Origin: an uncultured Armatimonadia bacterium
GTDB taxonomy: Bacteria > Armatimonadota > Zipacnadia > CAVVLO01
Assembly (NCBI GenBank): GCA_963749155.1
Contig: CAVVLO010000002.1
Coordinates: 64,001-128,000 of the forward strand
DNA: 64,000 nucleotides
Direction of reading: 5' to 3'
The position numbers and the translations under genes are program-made. Within the stretch, counting starts at the first letter, position 1; every line of letters begins with the position of its first letter. Shown piece by piece: positions 1 to 8,977 of the stretch. The notes beneath the pieces were generated by a model, which was not told the DNA's origin, did not search any database, and saw only the letters and a list, made by a program, of their open reading frames with translations.

Positions 1-2202
1 GAAGGCGTTGAAGTTGGCTACCTGGAGAGTACGCGCCGCGAACGGCTGCATAGTGTCCTTCACATCGGTAATACCGACGCCAGCATCTCGCCCCTGGACA
101 TCGGCAGTCTTCGGATAGTCGATATACCCATCCCAGGCAATCCCGACGACATAAGGCTGTTGCAGACCCTTGTACAGGAAGCGCTGATAGACAAGCGCCC
201 GCTGAACCTGGTCGGCAACCTGGAAGGAAGCACCCTTCCCATTGGGCAGGCCCGAATCACTGGAAGCCAGGGCGAAACCTGTGATGATCATTGGCTTCTG
301 GCCAGCGGCATAAAGCTCGCCGAAACGCTCCCAGGGGAATTCCAGCATATCGCAGTTTATCTGCAGGAGATCAACCTGGGCTGCTACAGCCTGCACCAGC
401 GCATCAGAAGAGCCCAGGGTAAGCCTTGGACCGACCAGCAGATGCCTGGTGTCAGTTGCGCGGATAGCGGCGACGAAGGGGGTCAGATACCTGGTCGCCA
501 AGGCCGCAGCGAACTCACCTTTGTCGAGTCTTGCCCTTGCATTGTCAGCCCCGAGCAGCGCGCTCGAAGCCGCCTCTCCGATTGCCGATACTTGCGCTCC
601 CCAGGCGGTACCCAGGGCGCTCGCATTGCCATACTTGCTGTTCAGCAAATCGAACAGGGCCTGCTTGGCAGGCGCGCCAGCTGGCAGTTTGAGCACTGCA
701 TCCGCAAGGAAGGTATCTCCCCGGCCTTGTAGATGAGCCGGCGCGAGGTCTCCAAGGTCATAGCCGACCAGCAAGGCGTCTTTGGCCAGTTCCTCAATCT
801 TGGCCGCTACCGCTGCCTGGACTGCCGCATCGAATCCGGGAGCGAAAGGATCATAGATACCCGGTGCAAGAACCGGAGCGCCTTCGGGCAATTCAAAGCG
901 AGCCAGGTAGGGAACCAGTTTCTGCCCTACGACGGCGGTGTCGGTACCACGTCCCAGCAGGTTGAAGTTCATTGACCTGATGCGGTCCAGAGTATTGTCA
1001 GCCCAACCTGATTTCCAGTTGGTGCCATTCTCATCGCCATATTTGGTGATGACGTTGTAGAGGTAAGGCGAATAGCAATCTTCGCCTGCGATGGTTCGGA
1101 AGGCTTCGGCATACTTCACCCGGACATCAACTGCATCAAGCTCGGGGAAGGCTGTGGTATCGGCAGTAAGCGGGGTGAAAGTACTGTCGAAGCCGGCTCC
1201 ATCAAGGCCCATACCGAACCAGATGCCTCCGATGGGGTCAACAAGCGTCCATTTGCCTTCTACCTGATTGAGGTAGAAATGACCTTTCACGTCATACTCG
1301 CGCGCGCCGAAGCCGCCGTAGCGGTCAGCAAGAAGAGGAGAGGCGGGACGCGATGCAGTTGGCACAGCGCCTGCGATATTGCTGAGGCCTGCTCCGATGC
1401 GACCATATTTATCGACTGGCACCAGTTGATAAGTGTATTCGGCGCCATTCTCGACAGCGGGGTCGAACAGATAACTGAGGGTCGTGAGACCCAGCAGTTG
1501 GGTGCTCTTTAACTGCTGTGCGATAGTGGTGCTTTTTACCACGTTGTAGTATTCGGTGCTGGGTACGCCAGTCCAGGTAAGCACTACATACCCATTGCCC
1601 GAAATGCTGCGCAGGTCCGTGACAGCGGGCAAGACAGCGCGCTGACCGAGTTCGAGGTCATCCAGCACCAGCGTCACCGGGCTTTCAAGCCCGACCGCGA
1701 CGAGGCGCACACTAACCACCGAGCTGATGTCTATGCGGTCATTGCACCAGCCGCGTGGCGAGAAGCCTTCAAGCATCCAGAGGGTAGGCAGCTCAATTGG
1801 ACGGGCGTTGGGGGTAAACTCGAGTTCAGGGAGATATTCTGCCCCATTGCTGTCCATAACGCCCAGTCTGAATTTGGCTGTGCCAGTGCCTTTCACTTTT
1901 CCAAAAAGCGAGAAAGCCGCATAATCCATCCAACTGCCTTTGGGCAGCTTGGAGAAGACAATCTCGGCGACTTCCTGACCAGGCTTGAAGGTGATCTCGA
2001 GGCTCTGGGTTCCCGCAAGCACATCGCTCTTGGTTAAACTGAGCTCGGCGTTAGTTGCTGTTACGTTCTTGAGAGGTTCGTTTCCCTCAAAATCGTTGAT
2101 GCCGAGTACAGGCTTCGGCTCATCGGCGGCGAAAGCCGCAAAGGGGGCTGAGAGCAGCAGGCAGCCGCATAGCAGCGCCCACAGGTAGCGCTTGGTCGTC
2201 AT
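1..2202 (-). CDS. Secreted GH50 (beta-agarase-like) protein with Fn3-like insert; 3' end runs off window; probably catalytically degenerate
   Basis: Hand-translated open frame from ATG 2202 (AGGAGG at 2217-2212) to the window edge, 734 codons, absent from the ORF track. Signal peptide MTTKRYLWALLCGCLLLSAPFAAFA; GH50-like motifs DRYGG, GHFYLNQVEGKWTLVDPIG, TLDRIRSMNF, DPFAPGF, AKQALFDLLNSKYG...AWG, HLLVGPRL, PYVVGIAWDGYIDYP. Confidence 0.8.
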   Translation of the reverse strand, partial: MTTKRYLWALLCGCLLLSAPFAAFAADEPKPVLGINDFEGNEPLKNVTATNAELSLTKSDVLAGTQSLEITFKPGQEVAEIVFSKLPKGSWMDYAAFSLFGKVKGTGTAKFRLGVMDSNGAEYLPELEFTPNARPIELPTLWMLEGFSPRGWCNDRIDISSVVSVRLVAVGLESPVTLVLDDLELGQRAVLPAVTDLRSISGNGYVVLTWTGVPSTEYYNVVKSTTIAQQLKSTQLLGLTTLSYLFDPAVENGAEYTYQLVPVDKYGRIGAGLSNIAGAVPTASRPASPLLADRYGGFGAREYDVKGHFYLNQVEGKWTLVDPIGGIWFGMGLDGAGFDSTFTPLTADTTAFPELDAVDVRVKYAEAFRTIAGEDCYSPYLYNVITKYGDENGTNWKSGWADNTLDRIRSMNFNLLGRGTDTAVVGQKLVPYLARFELPEGAPVLAPGIYDPFAPGFDAAVQAAVAAKIEELAKDALLVGYDLGDLAPAHLQGRGDTFLADAVLKLPAGAPAKQALFDLLNSKYGNASALGTAWGAQVSAIGEAASSALLGADNARARLDKGEFAAALATRYLTPFVAAIRATDTRHLLVGPRLTLGSSDALVQAVAAQVDLLQINCDMLEFPWERFGELYAAGQKPMIITGFALASSDSGLPNGKGASFQVADQVQRALVYQRFLYKGLQQPYVVGIAWDGYIDYPKTADVQGRDAGVGITDVKDTMQPFAARTLQVANFNAF

Positions 2203-2266
2203 AGAGACGGGCCTCCTGGTTCTGACATGCTTGCGAGAATCGGTCCACTCGAATGAGGTGACTGCA

Positions 2267-2275
2267 AGTATAGCA
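2267..2275 (-). promoter_or_regulatory. Extended -10 promoter element (TGCTATACT) for the GH50-like gene
   Basis: TGnTATAcT about 65 bp upstream of the ATG; no good -35 at canonical spacing. Confidence 0.45.
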
Positions 2276-2427
2276 CACACAGCCCTCAAGAGATTATTGA
2301 CTGCAAACACGGGAGCAGGTTTCACACTCGCCTAAACGAAGATGCCGATACTAGCACCAAAGGGAGTCTTTAATGAAGCTGGCACGCCCCTCAGGCGACT
2401 GGCCTGGCGCGAAAAAAGTATCAGTTT

Positions 2428-2436
2428 ATTATACCA
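2428..2436 (-). promoter_or_regulatory. Second extended -10 element (TGGTATAAT) facing the GH50-like gene
   Basis: Perfect TGnTATAAT on the minus strand in an AT-rich patch. Confidence 0.4.
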
Positions 2437-2470
2437 CCTGGCGCCTGGCGCTTAGTTAAGGAGCCTCCGG

Positions 2471-4432
2471 TTGGCGGACCAGTCTTCACTAGCAAACCAG
2501 GGCCTTGCCCATACCTCTCATCCCAAAGTGCGCCCTGGCGCTGTGGTTCTCGGCTTGCTGTTGCTTCCGCTTAACGCCTGGTTGCTCTATACCTGCGAAC
2601 TTGTGAATTATTCTTTCCCAACCTATGCCGCACCTTTCTACAATGCAATTTTTTGGCTTTTCCTGTTAACTCTTGCCAATCTGCCCCTGCGGCGCTATCT
2701 GCCCAAACTGGCCCTTTCTGGCGCCGAGCTTGCCCTGCTTTATGTGATGCTGTCGGTAGCCTCGGCACTCTTCTCCACCAATATGATGGAGATCCTGGCC
2801 AACCTGATAACCTATCCTCATCAGTACACCACCCCCTCCAACCACTGGGATGCGCTTTTCTTCGAGTATCTGCCAAACCACCTGGTATTGAGCGATCAGC
2901 AGGTCATCAGAGATTACTATTTTGGCAATTCGACTCTGTGGACAGCCGATACACTGCGCCTCTGGATGCGGCCACTCCTCGCCTGGTGCGGTTTCACTTT
3001 CGTGTTGCTGTCGACGCAACTTGCCCTTAACGTCATCCTGCGCAAACAATGGGTCGAACACGAGCGTCTGACCTATCCAGTCGTGCAGCTTCCTGCAGAG
3101 CTTGCCCACAACGCCTCGGGGCTTTTTCATCAGAAGTTGCTGTGGTATGGCTTTGCGCTTGCGGGAGCGGTAACTCTGATAAATGGGCTGAGCTTTTTCT
3201 GGCCGGCCATCCCCTACATCCCAGTCCGCAGGCAGAGGCTGATAGATGGCCTCTCCTCTCTTGGCTGGAGGCAGCTTAACGGGGTGACGCTATCGCTGTA
3301 TTTTTTCTCGCTGGCAATCGGCTTTCTGATGCCGGTCGAATTATCCACTTCCTGCTGGGTGTTTTTCTGGCTCGGTCGGATGCAGCTTGTGGTTGGCGAT
3401 GCCACTGGCTGGAGCGGCGGAGCTGGCTTCCCCTGGCCGGACGATCAGTCTTTTGGAGCTTACCTGGCGATGTTCGTGGCTGGCTGCTGGAGTGGCCGAA
3501 AATATTTCGGGCAGGTACTGAGAGCCGTCGCAGGCGATCGCAAGGCTCTTCCACCAGAGGAAGGCAGGACAGTCCAGAGAGCTGCCCTTGTGGTAGTGGT
3601 CGGTGTGGTACTGCTCATCGGCTTTGCAATGGCGGCTGGGCTGGCTTTCCGCCTTGCGGTGGCCTTTTTCGTGCTCTACTTCATAATGGCCCTTATGGTC
3701 GTGCGCATCAGAGCCGAGTTTGGTTTCCCAGTTCACGATATGCATCATATGGGCCCGCATGAGTCACTCGTGCGGCTCTTCAGCCCTCGCTCTTTTGCGG
3801 CAAGAGACCTTACGGTCTTCTCTCTATTCCACTGGTTTAACCGTACTTATGCCTCCCACCCGATGCCGCATCAGCTTGAAGGTTTCAAACTGGCTGAACG
3901 CACCCAGGTCGATTATCGAAGGTTCATCTGGCCCCTGGTTCTCACAGGGCTGGTGGCGCCCTTCGTGACAATGCTCACCCTGGGCACCGCGATGATGAGG
4001 AACGGCGCGGCGACGGCCAAGGTGAACCAGTGGGGGGCCCAGTTCGGCGCCGAGACTTTCGGTCGCCTGGCAGGCTGGCTGCAGACTCGCGAAAACTTCG
4101 AGCCTGTACACTTCCTCATCACCGGGATTGCCTTCTGTATGACCCTGGTGATGTTCGCGGCCAGATTGCGCTTCCAGTGGATGTTCCTCCACCCGCTGGC
4201 TTATGCGGTCAGTTTCAGTTGGGGGATGCACCAGTTGTGGGCGCCCATCCTGCTTGGTGGCCTCACGAAGGCGCTGCTGCTCAGGTATGGTTCGTTGCGT
4301 GTCTACAGGAAGGTGCTCCCTTTTGTTCTGGGACTGATGCTGGGAGAATTCGTCATCGGCGCTTTATGGGCTGTCTTTGGGCTGGTGACAGGCTTGAAAG
4401 TATATGACGTATGGCCCGGGCCTATGGTCTAG
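2471..4432 (+). CDS. Polytopic membrane protein, DUF6785/DUF6784 (OPT-like putative transporter)
   Basis: 653 aa, many TM segments, motifs LRKQWVEHERLTYPVVQLP, RIRAEFGFP, LRYGSLRVYRKVLPFVLGLMLGE; AAGGAG before TTG start. Confidence 0.7.
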   Translation: MADQSSLANQGLAHTSHPKVRPGAVVLGLLLLPLNAWLLYTCELVNYSFPTYAAPFYNAIFWLFLLTLANLPLRRYLPKLALSGAELALLYVMLSVASALFSTNMMEILANLITYPHQYTTPSNHWDALFFEYLPNHLVLSDQQVIRDYYFGNSTLWTADTLRLWMRPLLAWCGFTFVLLSTQLALNVILRKQWVEHERLTYPVVQLPAELAHNASGLFHQKLLWYGFALAGAVTLINGLSFFWPAIPYIPVRRQRLIDGLSSLGWRQLNGVTLSLYFFSLAIGFLMPVELSTSCWVFFWLGRMQLVVGDATGWSGGAGFPWPDDQSFGAYLAMFVAGCWSGRKYFGQVLRAVAGDRKALPPEEGRTVQRAALVVVVGVVLLIGFAMAAGLAFRLAVAFFVLYFIMALMVVRIRAEFGFPVHDMHHMGPHESLVRLFSPRSFAARDLTVFSLFHWFNRTYASHPMPHQLEGFKLAERTQVDYRRFIWPLVLTGLVAPFVTMLTLGTAMMRNGAATAKVNQWGAQFGAETFGRLAGWLQTRENFEPVHFLITGIAFCMTLVMFAARLRFQWMFLHPLAYAVSFSWGMHQLWAPILLGGLTKALLLRYGSLRVYRKVLPFVLGLMLGEFVIGALWAVFGLVTGLKVYDVWPGPMV

Positions 4433-4436
4433 CCAA

Positions 4437-4466
4437 TTGAGAGGCCCTCTGGGCCTGTGCTATACT
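4437..4466 (+). promoter_or_regulatory. sigma70-type promoter of arg operon
   Basis: TTGAGA-18 bp-TATACT with TG extension; spacer holds inverted repeat AGGCCC-TCT-GGGCCT (4442-4456). Confidence 0.55.
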
Positions 4467-4493
4467 GGCGCAAGTCTCCAGGGGGTGTTTACC

Positions 4494-5540
4494 GTGATCA
4501 AAGCGGGCATTATCGGCGCTACTGGCTACTTCGGACTGGAGCTCGTGCGGCTCCTGGCCCGTCACCCTGACGTGACTCTTGCTGGAGTCTATTCTCGCAC
4601 CTATGCCGGACAGCGGTTCTCGGACGTTTATCCCCACCTTGCGGGGCAGTTCGACCAGGACATCGTGGCCTTCGAGCCGGAGCTTGCCGAAGGGCTGGAC
4701 GTGCTCTTCCTCTGCACGCCTCACGGGGTCGCTGCGCGAACCGTCCCTCAGGCGATAGAATATGGCACGGTATGTATCGACGTCAGCGCTGACTTCCGGC
4801 TGAAAGATGCCGCTGTCTATGAGAAGTGGTACAAGACCGAGCACGCCAGTCCCGAACTGCTGGCGCAAGCGGTTTACGGCCTGCCAGAGCTTTACGGTGA
4901 GCAGATCAAGAGTGCGAACATAATAGGCAACCCAGGCTGCTATCCAACCTCGGTGCTGCTTGCGCTCTTGCCGGCTTTACAGGCCGGTCTGGTCGACCTT
5001 GAAGCCATCGTGGTAGACAGCAAGTCAGGGGTGTCAGGGGCAGGACGGACGAAACTCGACCTGATGTATCACTTCCCCGAGTGCAACGACAACCTCACTC
5101 CATATGGCGTAAAGGGACACCGGCATGTCTCCGAGATAAATCAGACGCTCTCCGAAGTGGCTGGCTCTGACATCAAGATAAGCTTTACGCCTCATCTCAT
5201 ACCGATGACACGCGGGATTCTTAGCAGCATCTATCTCTTCCCGACCAGCGAACTTACCACTGAGAGCGCCCAGGGGCTGTATGAAGATTACTACACGGAC
5301 AAGCCCTTTGTGCGGGTGATGCCTGCGGGCAAGCTGCCTTGCACAAAACAGGTTCAGGGCACCAACTTCTGCGACCTGGGACTGACTGTTACTGGTTATG
5401 CGGCCAGGCCAATGCTGGTTGTGCACTCAGCAATCGATAATCTGGTAAAGGGCGCGGCTGGCCAGGCAGTCCAGAACATGAATCTGCGGTTTGGGCTGCC
5501 CGAGACGGCAGGGCTGGACCAGCTTGGGCTCTATCCCTAA
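4494..5540 (+). CDS. argC: N-acetyl-gamma-glutamyl-phosphate reductase
   Basis: GATGYFG, NPGCYPT, SGVSGAG, IDNLVKGAAGQAVQNMN; start moved to GTG 4494. Confidence 0.97.
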   Translation: MIKAGIIGATGYFGLELVRLLARHPDVTLAGVYSRTYAGQRFSDVYPHLAGQFDQDIVAFEPELAEGLDVLFLCTPHGVAARTVPQAIEYGTVCIDVSADFRLKDAAVYEKWYKTEHASPELLAQAVYGLPELYGEQIKSANIIGNPGCYPTSVLLALLPALQAGLVDLEAIVVDSKSGVSGAGRTKLDLMYHFPECNDNLTPYGVKGHRHVSEINQTLSEVAGSDIKISFTPHLIPMTRGILSSIYLFPTSELTTESAQGLYEDYYTDKPFVRVMPAGKLPCTKQVQGTNFCDLGLTVTGYAARPMLVVHSAIDNLVKGAAGQAVQNMNLRFGLPETAGLDQLGLYP

Positions 5541-5550
5541 GGAGGCTACG

Positions 5551-6732
5551 ATGACTCCCAAAGGTTTTCAGTTTTCAGCAGTACGGTGCGGTATCAAGAG
5601 CAAGGGCAACGATGTGGCGGTAATCGCCTCAATGCAGCCTGCGAACGCAGCGGCCGTCTTTACCACCAACAAAGTATTCGCGGCGCCCATCCAGGTCAGC
5701 AGGGAGCATCTGGCCGCCGGCAAAGGCATCCAGGCCATCGTCGTGAACAGCGGCAATGCCAATGCCTGCACTGGCGAAGAAGGCGTTGCCAATGCGCGGA
5801 AGGCTTGCGCGCTCGCAGCCGAGCGTCTGGCCATCTCGCCCGAGCAGGTAATGGTTGCATCTACCGGCATAATCGGCCGGCAGATGCCGATGGACAAGCT
5901 CGAGGTTGGCATAATGGCCGCCTTCGACAGTATGGCGCCGGATGACTTCGCCCAGGTTGCCGATGCGATAATGACCACCGACACCTTTATGAAGAACACG
6001 AGCCGCCCTGTCGAGTTGGCAGAGGGCTGCGAGGCCATTATCGCCGGGGTGACCAAAGGCGCCGGGATGATCTCGCCCAAGATGGCGACGATGCTTTGCT
6101 TTATCGTGACGGACGCTGCCATCGAGCCAGAGTGCGCTCAGCTGATGCTCGGCAAAGCGGTCGAGGCCTCCTTCAACCATGTAGTCATAGACGGCGATAT
6201 GAGCACCAACGACTGCTGCATGCTGCTCTACAACGGCGCGGCCGGCAACGAGCAGATTACGCCCGAGCATCCGCGCTACAAGGCCTTCGAGTGGAGCCTG
6301 ACCGAGGTCTGCAGCACTCTTGCCAAGATGATGGCGCGCGATGGAGAGGGCGCAACCAAGCTGGTCGAGGTGCGCGTGAAGGGCGCGGTCTCGAAGGAAG
6401 ACGCCGAACTCTGCGCGCGGGCGGTGGCTACCTCGCCGCTATGCAAGACTGCCTTCTTTGGGTCTGACCCCAACTGGGGACGGCTCTGCGCAGCCGCCGG
6501 CAGGTCGGGCGCCGAGGTCGACCGAGACAAGCTGGACTTGTATTTCAACGAGACGAAGATTGTAGAGGATGGTCGCGAGGTCGAAGGCAGTTATGGCGCG
6601 GCCAAACAGATAGTTTTGCAGGATGAGTATATCGTTACAATTGACTTGAACCTGGGCGAAGCCGAAACCTGGATCTGGACTTGCGATCTCAGCTACGACT
6701 ACGTTCAGGTAAACGCCGAATACCATACCTGA
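5551..6732 (+). CDS. argJ: Bifunctional ornithine acetyltransferase/N-acetylglutamate synthase
   Basis: NSGNANACTG, IMTTDT, KGAGMISPKMATML, DGEGATK, DPNWGR, NAEYHT; AAGGAGG RBS. Confidence 0.97.
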   Translation: MTPKGFQFSAVRCGIKSKGNDVAVIASMQPANAAAVFTTNKVFAAPIQVSREHLAAGKGIQAIVVNSGNANACTGEEGVANARKACALAAERLAISPEQVMVASTGIIGRQMPMDKLEVGIMAAFDSMAPDDFAQVADAIMTTDTFMKNTSRPVELAEGCEAIIAGVTKGAGMISPKMATMLCFIVTDAAIEPECAQLMLGKAVEASFNHVVIDGDMSTNDCCMLLYNGAAGNEQITPEHPRYKAFEWSLTEVCSTLAKMMARDGEGATKLVEVRVKGAVSKEDAELCARAVATSPLCKTAFFGSDPNWGRLCAAAGRSGAEVDRDKLDLYFNETKIVEDGREVEGSYGAAKQIVLQDEYIVTIDLNLGEAETWIWTCDLSYDYVQVNAEYHT

Positions 6733-6752
6733 CGGGCCGGAGGGCGCCTCAG

Positions 6753-7637
6753 ATGGAAAATATCGAACTGCAGACACGGGTAGAAGTGCTGACCGAGGCC
6801 TTGCCGTATATCCAGCAACTACGTGGCGCGATGATCGTTGTGAAATATGGCGGCGCCGCGATGGTGGACGAAAACCTCAAAGCCCAGGTGTTGTCTGACC
6901 TGTCGCTGCTTCATTATGTGGGGCTGAAGCTGGTACTCGTGCATGGAGGCGGCAGAGAGATAAGCGCCCTGATGAAGCGGGTCGGCAAGGAGCCTCTGAT
7001 GGTCGCCGGCCGGCGCGTGACCGACAGCGAGACGATGGAGCTGACCGAGATGGTGCTGTCCGGCACCATCAACAAGGAGCTCGTGGCGGGCCTCAACACA
7101 CGCGGTCTCAAAGCCGTCGGGATAAGCGGGCGCGACGCCGATATGATGCGCGCAGCCAAGTTCATCAGCGAGGATGACCCAGAGGTAGATTATGGCCGGG
7201 TTGGGGTCATCGAACAGGTCAACGCCGAGTTGCTCGAGTCGCTGACTTACCACGGCTATGTGCCAGTGGTGTCGCCTGTCTCCGATGATGAGCAGGGTGA
7301 AAGCCTGAATGTTAACGCCGATGACGCGGCAAGCGCGCTGGCCCAGGGGCTCAAGGCCGACAAGCTGCTGCTGCTTTCGGATGTGCCCGGGGTGCTGGCT
7401 GATGCAAGCGACCCGAGTACGCTCCTTTCCGTCATCAAGACGAAAGAAGTCGAGCAATTGATTGCCCAGGGTACGATCACCGGAGGTATGGTGCCCAAGG
7501 TCAGGGCGCTCAGGCAAGCTGTCGAAAACGGGGTAGGCAAGGTGCATCTGATAGATGGCCGTGTCCCCCACAGCCTGCTGATGGAGCTGTTCACCGACAA
7601 GGGCATAGGCACCCTGATCGAGCCTGGAGAGGAATAA
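6753..7637 (+). CDS. argB: Acetylglutamate kinase
   Basis: EALPYI, VKYGGAAM, VHGGG, NVNAD, GGMVPKV, ELFTDKGIGT. Confidence 0.97.
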   Translation: MENIELQTRVEVLTEALPYIQQLRGAMIVVKYGGAAMVDENLKAQVLSDLSLLHYVGLKLVLVHGGGREISALMKRVGKEPLMVAGRRVTDSETMELTEMVLSGTINKELVAGLNTRGLKAVGISGRDADMMRAAKFISEDDPEVDYGRVGVIEQVNAELLESLTYHGYVPVVSPVSDDEQGESLNVNADDAASALAQGLKADKLLLLSDVPGVLADASDPSTLLSVIKTKEVEQLIAQGTITGGMVPKVRALRQAVENGVGKVHLIDGRVPHSLLMELFTDKGIGTLIEPGEE

Positions 7638-7638
7638 G

Positions 7639-8832
7639 ATGGAATTCGAGCAAATCAAATCACTAACTGATGAACATATAATGACCACCTACGGTCGGCT
7701 GCCGGTTGCTTTTGACCATGGCAAGGGGGTGCATCTCTGGGACACCACCGGCAAGCAATATCTTAACCTGCTGGCCGGCATTGCCGTGTGCAATCTGGGG
7801 CACTCTCATCCCCGGATTACCCTGGCTATCTGTGAGCAAGCCAGCAGACTGATACACACTTCGAACCTCTATCATATTGGCAATCAAGCTCGGCTTGCGA
7901 AGTTGCTTTGCGACAACTCATGTTTCGATAAGGCTTTCTTTTGCAATAGCGGCGCAGAGGCTAATGAGGCAGCTATAAAACTGGCGCGCAAGTGGGCCAA
8001 GGTCCAGGGCCATCCCGAAAAGTTTGAAGTAGTGACAGCGCTAAACAGTTTCCATGGCCGGACTCTGGTCACAATCACAGCTACAGGGCAGGAGAAATAC
8101 CAGAAATGGTTCACCCCGCTGCCCGCGGGATTCCGCTATGTGCCCTTGAACGACCTGGCAGCGCTTGAGGCCGCCGTTACCGACGCAACCTGCGCGATAA
8201 TGCTGGAGCCAATCCAGGGCGAATCAGGCGTGCGGCCGGCCAGTGCAACGTATCTTGCTGCAGCCCGGCGCCTGGCGGATGAGCGCGGCGCGCTGCTTAT
8301 CTTTGATGAAGTGCAGACAGGCAATGGTCGGACAGGCAAGCTGTGGGGTTATGAGCTGAGTGGCATCGAGCCGGATGTCGCGACCCTCGCAAAAGGGCTT
8401 GCCAACGGGCTGCCGATTGGCGCCTGCCTTGCCAAAGACAGCGCCTGCGTTTTCGAGCCAGGAGACCATGCTTCAACCTTCGGGGGCAATCCGCTGGTCT
8501 GCGCCGCCGCCCTGGCCGTGTGGGAGGAATTCATTTACGGCGAAGTGCTGCAGAATTGCCAGCGCACGGGTGCCTATTTCAAGCAGCAACTCGAGCTGCT
8601 GGCCGAACAGACTGGCCTGGTGGAGGAAGTCCGGGGTTGGGGCCTGATGCTGGGCTGCGAGTTCAAGCGCGAAATTGCCGGCGAGGTGAACGCCAAACTG
8701 CTTGAGCATGGCATCCTTGCCAATGCCATCGCGAACAAGACCTTGCGTTTTGTGCCCCCGCTCATCCTGCAGCAGGAGCATGTCGACCAGGCAGTAGAAG
8801 CCTTAAGGGAGATACTAACCGAGTATGTGTGA
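7639..8832 (+). CDS. argD: Acetylornithine aminotransferase
   Basis: Class III aminotransferase motifs NSGAEANE, FHGRT, EPIQGE, DEVQTG, TLAKGL, HASTFGGNP; follows argCJB. Confidence 0.93.
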   Translation: MEFEQIKSLTDEHIMTTYGRLPVAFDHGKGVHLWDTTGKQYLNLLAGIAVCNLGHSHPRITLAICEQASRLIHTSNLYHIGNQARLAKLLCDNSCFDKAFFCNSGAEANEAAIKLARKWAKVQGHPEKFEVVTALNSFHGRTLVTITATGQEKYQKWFTPLPAGFRYVPLNDLAALEAAVTDATCAIMLEPIQGESGVRPASATYLAAARRLADERGALLIFDEVQTGNGRTGKLWGYELSGIEPDVATLAKGLANGLPIGACLAKDSACVFEPGDHASTFGGNPLVCAAALAVWEEFIYGEVLQNCQRTGAYFKQQLELLAEQTGLVEEVRGWGLMLGCEFKREIAGEVNAKLLEHGILANAIANKTLRFVPPLILQQEHVDQAVEALREILTEYV

Positions 8833-8977
8833 GCAGTCAGCCGAGGATTTTGCTTTCATCAGACGCCAGCTAGCCCTTGAGGATGGCCGGTACCTGGTGC
8901 TGTATGATTTTCCAAATCTGGCCGCTCCAGATGAGGAGCAGGTTGATGAGGCGAAGGACTGAAGAAGGTGAGGCCAG

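Noticed and set aside
160..2188. Several short plus-strand ORFs in the track
   Set aside because: Antisense shadows of the long minus-strand GH50-like frame.
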